The notes under the pieces: generated by a model
Told to the model about the DNA's origin: nothing
The model's database searches: none
Seen by the model: only the letters and a program-made list of their open reading frames with translations
Shown: one piece after another, positions 37,789 to 48,092 of the stretch
Position numbering within the stretch: position 1 is the stretch's first letter
Layout of the letters: every line of letters begins with the position of its first letter
From: an uncultured Polyangiales bacterium
GTDB lineage: Bacteria > Myxococcota_A > Polyangia > Polyangiales > JADJMO01
DNA: 64,000 nucleotides
Assembly: GCA_964624885.1 (NCBI GenBank)
Contig: CAZUZY010000001.1
Location: forward strand, 12,831-76,830
Reading direction: 5' to 3'
Made by a program: the position numbers and the translations under genes

Positions 37789-40013
37789 GCGAGGAGCAGG
37801 TCCTCGCGGTCGTCTCCAAGGCCGTCTTCGAGAAGCAAGCGCCGCACGCCACGCTGGGCGCCCGCTTCGCCACCGATCGCTACGTCAGCAAGAACCCGGG
37901 GCTGCGTGGGCTCGCCGAAGGGGGCGCGCTGTTCCTCGTCACCGTGCGCCCGCCCGACGAGCGTCTGTGGCTGGTCGCGATCCTGGAGTCGCCGCGCTTC
38001 GACGGCGAGCAGTGGGTCGCCGCCGAGAACGCCGTGCCGATGACCGACGTCACGGCACTCGTGCCGCGGTTGAAGCTCGCCACCGGCCAGGGCATCCACG
38101 CCGAGCCCGGCAAGCTCGGCATGTCGCTGCAGACCCCGCGCAAGCTCACCGGCGACGACGCGGCCCTGCTGCGTGGCGCCATCGGCGGGGCGAGCGCGAC
38201 ACCCGCGGCGAAGCCCACCACCAAGCCCGTGGCGAAGGCCGAGGCCGCGCCGGCGAAGCCCGCGAAGGCCGCGGAGAAGCCCGCGGAGAAGCCCACGCCG
38301 CCGAAGCCCGAGAAGCTCGCGACCACCGCCGATCACCTGGCCCGCGCGCTCGCCGCCGCCGAGGCCGGTCGCCACGCCGAGGCGCTGCAGGCTCTCGTCG
38401 CGCAGTTCGCCGAGCTCCCCGCGGCCCCGCTCGCCGACGCCATCACCGCCGTCGGGGCCGTGATCGACGCCGCGGCGCCGCCCCTCACCGGCAAGACCCC
38501 CAAGGAGCGCGAGGCCGCGTTCCAGGCCGCTGCCGCCGAGAACCGCCCTGAGCGCCTCGGCACCCTGCTCGCGTGCGTCACCGAGACCAAGGGTTCGGGG
38601 GAGACCCTGGTGCGCCTCGAGGCCCTCACCTCGCGCACCAAGGACCCCCGCCTCGCCGCCCGCATCGCGGGGCTGATCGCCGCGCCACCCTACAACGCGA
38701 GCGTCTCGCGCACGCTGCCGTTCTGGAAGTTCCTCTTCGCCACGCTGCCGAACCTCGGCGATCCGCGCGTGCTCGCGTGGGCGCGCGGCTGGCCGAAGGC
38801 GTGGGCCGCGGAGCGCGACCTGAGCGAGCTCGAGCGCGAGGCCTTGACCAAGCGCCTCGCGAAGATCCTCCCCGAGCTCGAGCGCGCGTACGCCGCGCCC
38901 ACGCTTTCCGCCGCCGACGAGGCCCGCTGCGCCGCGGTGTTGGCCGCCGTCCAGCGCGCCGCCGCACCGGCAGCGAAGGCGCGCGCGGCCAAGGAGAAGG
39001 GCGAGGCCGAGCTCCTGGCCGACGTCTACGAGCACCCCGACGACGACGCCCCGCGCCTCGTCTACGCCGACTACCTGCAGGAGCGGAACGACCCGCGCGG
39101 CGAGTTCATCGTCCTGCAGTTCCGCCGTCGCGACGGCACGCTCGGTCGCGACGAGGCCAAGCGCGAGAAGGATCTCCTCGCCGAGCACGCCCGACGCTGG
39201 CTCGGCGGCATCGCGAAGCTCGTCAAGAAGACCGGCATGGAGTTCGAGCGCGGCTTCCTCTCCGCGTGCGCGACCGACGAGATCGACGACCATCGCGAGT
39301 GGAACACCGTGCACACGATCCGGCAGACGGCGCCCCATCGGAACGGCATGCCGGTGAAGTCGCTGCGGGTGCTCGAGGCGATCCAGAGCATCGACGGGCT
39401 GGTCCGGGTGACCGAGCCGCTCGGCGTGACCGATCTCGAGTGGGCGGGGCCGTACCGCGATCCCTACGGCGACGAGGGCGTGTCCAAGAAGGAGGTGGCG
39501 GTGTTCCGGCGCCTGCGCTGCCTACCGTCCCTGCGTCGCCTCGTGATCGGCGGCTGGAACGCGTGGTGCGAGGAAGAGATCCGACCCGCCCACCACGCCT
39601 GGATCTGGACGAGCCCCGCGACCGCCCACCTCGAGGATCTGTCGGTGCGAGGGCGGCTCCGCCACCTCCCCGCGTGGCGGGTGGTCGCCGACGAGCACGC
39701 TCTCCGAAGGTTCCAGGTCGACGCGCGCACCGACGAGGACAACGGGCTCGCGCTGGCGTTCGAGCGCGGCGCCGACGGGGCGTTGTCCCGCCTCGTCGTC
39801 TCCGGCGACCCGCAGACCCGGCCCTATTTCAACGCAGGAGGGGAGCCCTCGGGGCGGGTCGTCGACGCCGCCGACGCCATCGCCGCGCTCCCCGACGACG
39901 CCCTCGTCGAGATCGCGTTGCACCCTACCCGGCGCTGGAAGCCGACCGACGCCGAGAAGAAGCAGCTCGCGCGCGCCATGAAGCGCCAGCGCCGCTGGAA
40001 CGGCGCGCTCTAG
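37785..40013 (+). CDS. Multidomain protein with an internal TIGR02996-like repeat-companion motif
   Basis: GTG at 37785 (VSEEQVLAVVSKAVFEK). Ala/Pro/Lys linker (AAKPTTKPVAKAEAAPAKPAKAAEKPAEKP). EHPDDDAPRLVYADYLQERNDPRGEFIVLQF at about aa 410-446. LRR-like C-terminal part (LPSLRRLVI, LEDLSV). Confidence 0.7.
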   Translation: MSEEQVLAVVSKAVFEKQAPHATLGARFATDRYVSKNPGLRGLAEGGALFLVTVRPPDERLWLVAILESPRFDGEQWVAAENAVPMTDVTALVPRLKLATGQGIHAEPGKLGMSLQTPRKLTGDDAALLRGAIGGASATPAAKPTTKPVAKAEAAPAKPAKAAEKPAEKPTPPKPEKLATTADHLARALAAAEAGRHAEALQALVAQFAELPAAPLADAITAVGAVIDAAAPPLTGKTPKEREAAFQAAAAENRPERLGTLLACVTETKGSGETLVRLEALTSRTKDPRLAARIAGLIAAPPYNASVSRTLPFWKFLFATLPNLGDPRVLAWARGWPKAWAAERDLSELEREALTKRLAKILPELERAYAAPTLSAADEARCAAVLAAVQRAAAPAAKARAAKEKGEAELLADVYEHPDDDAPRLVYADYLQERNDPRGEFIVLQFRRRDGTLGRDEAKREKDLLAEHARRWLGGIAKLVKKTGMEFERGFLSACATDEIDDHREWNTVHTIRQTAPHRNGMPVKSLRVLEAIQSIDGLVRVTEPLGVTDLEWAGPYRDPYGDEGVSKKEVAVFRRLRCLPSLRRLVIGGWNAWCEEEIRPAHHAWIWTSPATAHLEDLSVRGRLRHLPAWRVVADEHALRRFQVDARTDEDNGLALAFERGADGALSRLVVSGDPQTRPYFNAGGEPSGRVVDAADAIAALPDDALVEIALHPTRRWKPTDAEKKQLARAMKRQRRWNGAL

Positions 40014-40821
40014 CGGGCGAGCGCCCGGATCTCGACGCTCGTGTCGCCGAGCGACAGCCGCTTGCCGGGCTCGCTGTGCGCGTACTTCACCATCGCGAGC
40101 GCGGTCTCTCCGGCGACGCTCGTCACCGCGCCGACCACCTGCCCGTCGACCGCGAGCTCCGCCCCCGGCGCGACCCCGGCCGGCACCGCGAGCTGCACGA
40201 GGCGCTTGTTCACGTGGCCGCGCATCTGCAGCATGCACACGACCTCTTGCCCGAGGTAGCAGCCCTTGGTGAAGCTCACCGCGCGCGCCTCGAGGCCGCA
40301 CTCCTGCACGTAGTTCTTCTCGTCGAAGTCGACGCCGAAGGCCGCGCGCCCGGCCGCGATCCGGCGCGCCTCGACCGCACGCTCGTCGAGCCGCGGCAGC
40401 CCCCCGAGGTCGGACCCTGCGGCGGACTCGATCACGAACCCGCCCTCGCCGAGCGCGTCGAACGGCGCCGCGCGCCCCGTGGGCTTCGCGCCCTCCACGT
40501 GGAACAGCCGCGCGCCCTCGTCGCGCACGAGCTCCACGTCCTCCATCACGATGTACCGGTCCCAGGCCGCGAGCAGCGCGTCGGCCGACCGCTTGGGCAG
40601 CCACGCATGCACCGTGGGCCCGCCCTCGGCGTCGTCGACGAACACGATGACGTCCGCCTGGATCTTCCCCTTCTGATCGAGCGCGCACCCGAGCTGCGCG
40701 CGCGGGCCGGCCTTGCCCTCGAGCGACTTCACGTCGCTCGTGAGCACGCCGTTCAACCACGAGAAGCGGTCCTTGCCGGTCAAGCGGACGCAGACGCGCC
40801 CATCCTCCCAGGCGGCCGGGC

Positions 40822-40825
<4 letters not shown>
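40010..40825 (-). CDS. ygfZ: Folate-binding YgfZ/GcvT-like protein (Fe-S cluster maintenance)
   Basis: GTG at 40825 overlaps the pepA stop (GTGA). Signature FTKGCYLGQEVV. 271 aa. Confidence 0.82.
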
Positions 40826-42384
<1,559 letters not shown>

Positions 42385-42494
42385 CGCGGCGGAGGTTTGG
42401 CGCGGGGTGTCCGGCGGTCAATGGTTCTATGAGGTTCGGGGACTGGACTGAACGGCGGCGCAGCGCGCGCGACCGCCTAGACGCGCCGCGGCGC

Positions 42495-42507
42495 AGACCT
42501 ATGGTCT
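42495..42507. promoter_or_regulatory. Perfect palindrome AGACC-TAT-GGTCT 5 nt upstream of the nadA ATG
   Basis: Read directly from the sequence. It could be an operator or a chance occurrence. Confidence 0.2.
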
Positions 42508-42511
42508 GGTC

Positions 42512-43531
42512 ATGGAGCACATCGCTGTCTCGCTGCCTCTCTTGAAGGAGGACGAGGTCCACCGCGGATACCGCCGAGATCTCGGCGAGCGCCTCGCGAC
42601 CGTCGATCCGCGGCTCGATCTCGAGGCCGAGATCCGGCGGCTCAAGGTGGAGAGAAAGGCGGTTCTCCTGGCCCATTTCTACCAGGACGGCGAGATCCAG
42701 GACCTCGCCGACCACCTCGGCGATTCGCTCCAGCTCGCCCAGGCGGCCAAGAAGACCGACGCCGCGGTCATCGTGTTCGCCGGCGTGCACTTCATGGCCG
42801 AGACCGCCAAGATCCTGAACCCCGACCGCATCGTCGTGGTGCCCGACATGGACGCGGGCTGTTCGCTCGCCGACGGCTGCACGCCGGCCGCGCTCGCCGC
42901 GTGGAAGCAGGCCCACCCCACGCACCAGGTCGTCAGCTACATCAACTGCTCGGCCGAGGTGAAGGCGCTGTCCGACGTCATCGTCACCTCGTCCAACGCC
43001 GAGAAGATCGTCCGCGCCCTCCCCGCGGACCGCCCGATCCTGTTCGCGCCCGACCGCAACCTCGGCGCGTGGCTGGTCCAGAAGACCGGCCGCCCGATGG
43101 ACCTCTGGCCGGGTGCCTGCGTCGTCCACGAGATGTTCGACGAGCGCCAGATCGTGCAGCTCAAGGAGCGCCACCACGCCGAGCTGGTCGCCCACCCCGA
43201 GTGCGAGGCCCATGTCCTGCGGCACGCCGACTTCATCGGCTCGACCACCGCCCTCCTCCGGCGGGTCGAGACCACCCAGGCCAAGACCGTCATCGTGGCC
43301 ACCGAGCCTGGAATCTTGCACCAGATGCGCCGGGCCCGGCCCGACCTCGAGCTCCTCGAGGCGCCGGGCGAGGACGCCTCGTGCAAGTGCAACCTGTGCC
43401 CCCACATGAAGCGAAACACCCTGGAGAAGCTGTATCTGAGCCTCCGGGACCTCACCCCGCGCATCGAGATGCCCCGTGACCTCCTCGACCGGGCCCGGGT
43501 GCCGATCGAGCGGATGCTCTCCCTCTCCTAG
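42512..43531 (+). CDS. nadA: Quinolinate synthase
   Basis: LLAHFYQDGEIQDLADHLGDSLQLA...FAGVHFMAETAKILNP...SYINCSAEVKA...CPHMKRNTLEKL is typical NadA. Confidence 0.93.
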   Translation: MEHIAVSLPLLKEDEVHRGYRRDLGERLATVDPRLDLEAEIRRLKVERKAVLLAHFYQDGEIQDLADHLGDSLQLAQAAKKTDAAVIVFAGVHFMAETAKILNPDRIVVVPDMDAGCSLADGCTPAALAAWKQAHPTHQVVSYINCSAEVKALSDVIVTSSNAEKIVRALPADRPILFAPDRNLGAWLVQKTGRPMDLWPGACVVHEMFDERQIVQLKERHHAELVAHPECEAHVLRHADFIGSTTALLRRVETTQAKTVIVATEPGILHQMRRARPDLELLEAPGEDASCKCNLCPHMKRNTLEKLYLSLRDLTPRIEMPRDLLDRARVPIERMLSLS

Positions 43532-43623
43532 AGCGTTCTCCGGGTGTGCTCGCCCCGAAAAGTTGGACTTCTCCGCGTCGTTTCACTATCGAAAGCGCGG
43601 TGTCGCGGCCCAGCTTCCGTCCA

Positions 43624-44868
43624 GTGACCGGGTCCGGTCACGAAGGTCTCGAGCGCGCCGTGTCCACGGCCCGCAAGCACGCGCACGCCGCCAAGGTCGC
43701 CGAGGTCGCCGCCGACCTGGCCGCGCGCATCGCCGACGACCACCGCCGCCACGCGACCGCGGCCGAGATCGACGAGGCCATCGCCAAGGTCGGGCTCGAG
43801 CGCAGCGACGCCCAGACCGACTACGGCAACGTCCTCTCCATCCTCGAGCGGGGCGCCGACGACCCGGCCGAGCGGTCGATCGTCGCCGCGTTCGTGGCCG
43901 CCGGCGTGGTGCGGGTGCTCGAGGCCGACGACGCCGCCGAGGCCGAGGGCCGCGCCGCCCGTGCCTGGTGCGACCGGCTGTGCTGGCTCAGCGCCCACGC
44001 GGGCTTCGACCCGCTCGCTGCGTTCCCGAGCGACGCCAAGCCTTCGCTGCTCCGCCCGCTCCAGCGCGCGATCGCCGAGTACGCGAGGCAGATCGACGCT
44101 GGCAAGGAGCCGCGCGCCGGCCGCGCCGAGCTGCTGGTCGCCACGGCCACCCTCGGTGATCTCGTGGCCAGCGGCCGCGCCGACGAGGAGCTGGCGCAGG
44201 TCATCTCGCGCCTCGCCGCCGACGTGGGCGACCCGCTGGCCCAGCGCCTCATCACCGCGCGCGCGGCGGAGGCCCCCGCCACGGTCGTGCAGACCGGCCC
44301 CTCGGAGGCCGCCATCCACGGCCGCCTCGCGCCCACGCCGCGCTCGCCGTTCTTGACGGTGCTGTTCGCGGTGAGCGGCTTCCTGCTCCTGCGCAGCGTC
44401 GCGATCCTGGTCGGCGACCACATCCTCGGCCTCAAGCGCGCCGCGCGCCTCGAGCTCACGCCGTCGGGGGTCGAGCTCAAGGCCAAGGTCGCGCTCCTCG
44501 GTCGCGAGCTCCGCGACGTCAGCACCACGTATCCGATCAAGAACCTCGCGGTGGTGACGCGCGAGGTGCGGTTCCCGGGTCTGCCGGTCTACGCGGGCCT
44601 GCTCGCGCTGCTCGTCGGCACCTGGTCCGGCGTGTCGTTCCTCGCGTGGGGGGTGCAGTCGGCGAGCCCGCGCCTCATCGGCTACGGCCTCCTCGCGCTC
44701 ATCGTCGGCGTCGCGCTCGACCTCGCGATCATGTCGCTCGTGCCCGGCCTCACCGGCAAGTGTCGCCTGGTGCTGTCGGCCAAGGGCGGCCCGCCGGTGT
44801 GCGTGTCGCACCTCGACGCGCAGGCCGCCGACCGCTTCGTGGCCGATCTTTCTCGCCGCATCGGATGA
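43624..44868 (+). CDS. Hypothetical membrane protein (3 C-terminal TM helices)
   Basis: Track ORF 43546..44868. The first ~25 codons are GC3-poor and probably non-coding, so the start is uncertain. In-frame GTGs lie at 43600, 43624 and 43660. TM segments FLTVLFAVSGFLLLRSVAILV, VYAGLLALLVGTWSGVSFLAW and LIGYGLLALIVGVALDLAIM. Confidence 0.55.
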   Translation: MTGSGHEGLERAVSTARKHAHAAKVAEVAADLAARIADDHRRHATAAEIDEAIAKVGLERSDAQTDYGNVLSILERGADDPAERSIVAAFVAAGVVRVLEADDAAEAEGRAARAWCDRLCWLSAHAGFDPLAAFPSDAKPSLLRPLQRAIAEYARQIDAGKEPRAGRAELLVATATLGDLVASGRADEELAQVISRLAADVGDPLAQRLITARAAEAPATVVQTGPSEAAIHGRLAPTPRSPFLTVLFAVSGFLLLRSVAILVGDHILGLKRAARLELTPSGVELKAKVALLGRELRDVSTTYPIKNLAVVTREVRFPGLPVYAGLLALLVGTWSGVSFLAWGVQSASPRLIGYGLLALIVGVALDLAIMSLVPGLTGKCRLVLSAKGGPPVCVSHLDAQAADRFVADLSRRIG

Positions 44869-44923
44869 CGGCTGCCGATACGACCGGAGGGCGCGTAGTC
44901 CATTGGGCGTACACGTCCCACTC

Positions 44924-44960
44924 ATTTGTGGTCTGGCGCCCTCGTTGCGTTGATTTGTGG
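44924..44960. promoter_or_regulatory. Direct repeat ATTTGTGG (x2, 29 nt apart) in a lower-GC intergenic region
   Basis: tcATTTGTGGtctgg at 44922 and tgATTTGTGGccgg at 44951. An AT-rich 8-mer occurs twice within 40 nt of a >70 % GC genome, upstream of the CDS at 45028. Confidence 0.3.
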
Positions 44961-45027
44961 CCGGACACGCAGTGAAGTGTCGCCCACGCATCGGCCAGGT
45001 GTCGGTGCCGGGGGATTTCCGAAGACG

Positions 45028-45453
45028 ATGAACGAGCCGATCCGCGTGGGGCAAGGGCCTCGCCTCACCACTCCGACGTCCACGACGACCTCGGGGACCA
45101 GCGCCCTCGAGCGCGCCGCCCGCTGGGTGCGCCTCGGCCAGGACTTCGCGCGTCTGCCGCTGCTCGACGGCCGCGTGCGCGACGTGGGTGCGCTCCTGCT
45201 CACCGGCCACGACGCCGCGCTCGCCGAGGCGGAACGCTATGTGGTCGAGGGCCACACCATCCGCACCGGCGACGTCATCGAGTGGGACGACATCGACGAT
45301 CACACGACGCTGGCCCGCTGGGCTGCCGCGCTCGAGAGCGCGAGCGAGCAGGGCTTCGCGCCGCCGGTGCCCGGGGGCTTCTGGGCCTCGTTCCTCACCT
45401 GGCGCACCCCGCTCGGCATGGCCCGGCTCACCGAGCGCCGGCTGCGGGTCTGA
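45028..45453 (+). CDS. Hypothetical protein
   Basis: 141 aa from the ATG at 45028 (MNEPIRVGQG). GC3-rich, no recognisable motif. Preceded by a 159-nt lower-GC intergenic region. Confidence 0.5.
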   Translation: MNEPIRVGQGPRLTTPTSTTTSGTSALERAARWVRLGQDFARLPLLDGRVRDVGALLLTGHDAALAEAERYVVEGHTIRTGDVIEWDDIDDHTTLARWAAALESASEQGFAPPVPGGFWASFLTWRTPLGMARLTERRLRV

Positions 45454-45476
45454 CGCCGGGAGTCCGACCGCGGGGT

Positions 45477-46859
45477 TCAAGGCGCGACGGCGCGGAGGCT
45501 GTCCTCGACGATCTGGCAGAGGCGCGAGAGATCCGGCAGCGGTGTGTTCAGCGGCGGGGTCACGTACACCACGTTGCCGAGCGGGCGCAGGTAGGCGCCA
45601 CGCTGGCGGGCCTCCTCGTACACGCGCCAGCCGACCCCCGCGGTGTACCCCGTGTCGTCGAGGGTCTCGACGGTGGGGATGGTCTCGGTGGTGGTGGCGA
45701 CGTCGAGCAGATCGAACGCGGCGATCGCGCCCTGCGACCGGCCCGCGCGCACGAGGCCGCGGAGCCTGCCTTCGGCAAGCACGCGCTCGACCAGGTCGGT
45801 CAGCAGCGCGGCGCGCGACGCCACGCCGTCGAGGATCTTCTCCTCGCGGTAGATCGAAAGCACCTCGCGGGCGACCGCCGCGCCGAGCGGGTTGCCGCAG
45901 TAGCTGTGCCCGTAGAGAAAAGCCTTGGCCCGCCCGCCGTCGAACGCCGCCTGCACCTTGCGCGAGGTGAGGGTCGCCGCCATCGGCAGCACGCCCGCGG
46001 TGAACCCCTTGGCCGTGCACAGCAGATCGGGCGAGATCTCGGCCAGATCGCAGGCCCACATCGCGCCGAGCCGCCCGTAGCCGGTGAACACCTCGTCGGC
46101 GATCAGGAGCAGGTCGTGCTTGTCGCAGAGGTCGCGCACCGCGCGCAGGTAGGCCGGCGGGTAGAACCGCATGCCCGCCGCGCCCTGCACGAGCGGCTCG
46201 AGCACGATGCCGGCGAGCTCGTCGCGGCGCTGCTCGCAGAGCTCGGCGATGGCGTCGAACGCGAGGGCCCAGGAGGGCGCGCACCCGCCCACTTCGTCGG
46301 CGGGCGAGGGCACGTGCACGCAGTCGAACAGCACCGAGGCGAACGGCCGGCGGAACACCTCGACGCCGCCGAGGCTCGTCGCCCCGATCGTCTCGCCGTG
46401 GAACGCGCCGTCGAGCGCGAGGAACCGCGTCTTCTTCTTCCCGGCGCGGGGCGCGACCTGCGCGTGGTACTGCACGGTCATCTTGACCGCCGCCTCGATC
46501 GCCGTGGAGCCGTCGTCGCTGTAGAACACCTGATCGAGCCCGCGCGGCGCGACCGCGGCGAGCTCCTCGGCGAGCAGGGCCGCGGGCGCGTGGGTGATCC
46601 CCGCGAGCGAGCAGTGACAGAGGGCACGCGCCTGGCGCTCGAGCGCGGCGACCAGGCGCGGGTGGTTGTGGCCGAGGGTCGAGACCCACCACGAGCCGTT
46701 GCCGTCGAAGAGGCGCTCGCCACTCGCGAGCTCGAGCCACGGGCCCTCCGCCCGCACCACCACCAGCGGGTCGTGCCGCGCGCGCCACTCGTCCATCGGC
46801 GTGTAGGGGTGCCAGACGTGGGCCCGATCGGCGGCGAGGATGCGCGCCTGGTCGGTCAC
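45477..46859 (-). CDS. bioA: Adenosylmethionine-8-amino-7-oxononanoate aminotransferase-like (class III PLP aminotransferase)
   Basis: GTG at 46859 overlaps the coaBC stop (GTGA). HVWHPYTPM, WWVSTLGHNHP, SDDGSTAIEAAVKM, LIADEVFTGYGRLG, CTAKGFTAG (PLP Lys), GHSYCGNPL and RPLGNVVYVTPPL. Confidence 0.85.
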   Translation of the reverse strand: MTDQARILAADRAHVWHPYTPMDEWRARHDPLVVVRAEGPWLELASGERLFDGNGSWWVSTLGHNHPRLVAALERQARALCHCSLAGITHAPAALLAEELAAVAPRGLDQVFYSDDGSTAIEAAVKMTVQYHAQVAPRAGKKKTRFLALDGAFHGETIGATSLGGVEVFRRPFASVLFDCVHVPSPADEVGGCAPSWALAFDAIAELCEQRRDELAGIVLEPLVQGAAGMRFYPPAYLRAVRDLCDKHDLLLIADEVFTGYGRLGAMWACDLAEISPDLLCTAKGFTAGVLPMAATLTSRKVQAAFDGGRAKAFLYGHSYCGNPLGAAVAREVLSIYREEKILDGVASRAALLTDLVERVLAEGRLRGLVRAGRSQGAIAAFDLLDVATTTETIPTVETLDDTGYTAGVGWRVYEEARQRGAYLRPLGNVVYVTPPLNTPLPDLSRLCQIVEDSLRAVAP

Positions 46860-48061
46860 GCGAGCCTCGCGACCACCTGGTCGAGGACCGCGTCGGCGAT
46901 CGCGCGCTTGCTCCCCTCGATGGCGCGCGCCGGGCCTTCGTCGACCAGCAGCACGTGGTCGTCGTCGCCGCCGAACCCGTGGGCGGCGAGGTTCGCCACC
47001 ACCAGATCGACCTGCTTCTGCGCGCGCTTCTTCCGCGCGTAGGCCTCGAGGTCGGAGGTCTCGACGGCGAAGCCGACCAGCACGGGGTGCCGCGCGGCCC
47101 CGCGACGCGCGCCGATCGCGGCGAGCAGGTCGGGGTTCTTCACCAGCGTGAGCGTGAGCGTCTGGCCCTCGGTCTTCTTGGTCTTCTCGCCCGAATACTC
47201 GGCCGGTCGGTGGTCGGCGACGGCCGCCGCCATCACCAGCGCGTCGCCGCCGTCGGCGAGCGCCGTGTCGAGCGCGGCCTGCATCTCGAGCGCGCCGCGC
47301 ACGTCGACCCGGGTACACCCGCTCGGCGTGGACAGGACGACGGGGCCGGTCACCAGCGTCACCCGGGCGCCACGGGCCGCCGCCGCCGCCGCGAAGGCGA
47401 AGCCCATCTTGCCGGTCGAGCGGTTGCCGAGGAACCGCACCGGATCGAGGTCCTCGACGGTCGGGCCCGCCGAGACCACGAGGTGTCGCCCGGCGAGATC
47501 CCGGCGCGGCGACAGCGCGGCCACGATCGCGGCGACGACCTCCTCGGGCTCGCTCATGCGGCCCACGCCCTCCTCCCCCGAGGCCACCGCGCCGAACACC
47601 GGCCCGACGAGGCGCGCGCGGCCGTCGGCCTCGATCGTCGCCACGTTGCGACGGACCGCCGGGTGCGCCCACATGCGCGGGTGCATGGCCGGCGCGAGCA
47701 CGAGCGGCCCCCGCGCGACCAGGCACAGCGCGGTGACGAGATCGTCGGCGCGCCCCTCGGCGAGCCGCGCCAGGAGGTCGGCCGTGGTGGGCACGACCGC
47801 CACGCAGTCGGCCTGCGCGGCGAGCGACACGTGCAGCTCGCCCGCGAACGAGGGGTCCCACATGTCGTCGCGTGCCGGCTCCCCGCAGAGCCCGCTCAGG
47901 GTGATGGCGCCGACGAACCGCTGGGCCGAACGGGTCATCACCGGCAGGACGCGAGCGCCGAGCGCGAGCAGCTGGCGGGCGACGATCGGGGCCTTGTACG
48001 CGGCGATGCCGCCGGCCACGCACAGGGCGACCACGCGACCTTCGAGGGGACGACCTGTCAT
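46856..48061 (-). CDS. coaBC: Bifunctional phosphopantothenoylcysteine decarboxylase / phosphopantothenate-cysteine ligase
   Basis: Start MTGRPLEGRVVALCVAGGIAAYKA. NRSTGKMGFAFA (CoaB motif). 401 aa. The track ORF extends artificially to 48544. Confidence 0.92.
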   Translation of the reverse strand: MTGRPLEGRVVALCVAGGIAAYKAPIVARQLLALGARVLPVMTRSAQRFVGAITLSGLCGEPARDDMWDPSFAGELHVSLAAQADCVAVVPTTADLLARLAEGRADDLVTALCLVARGPLVLAPAMHPRMWAHPAVRRNVATIEADGRARLVGPVFGAVASGEEGVGRMSEPEEVVAAIVAALSPRRDLAGRHLVVSAGPTVEDLDPVRFLGNRSTGKMGFAFAAAAAARGARVTLVTGPVVLSTPSGCTRVDVRGALEMQAALDTALADGGDALVMAAAVADHRPAEYSGEKTKKTEGQTLTLTLVKNPDLLAAIGARRGAARHPVLVGFAVETSDLEAYARKKRAQKQVDLVVANLAAHGFGGDDDHVLLVDEGPARAIEGSKRAIADAVLDQVVARLA

Positions 48062-48092
48062 GGGGGCCGCATGGTAGTACGCTCGGCGGTCC

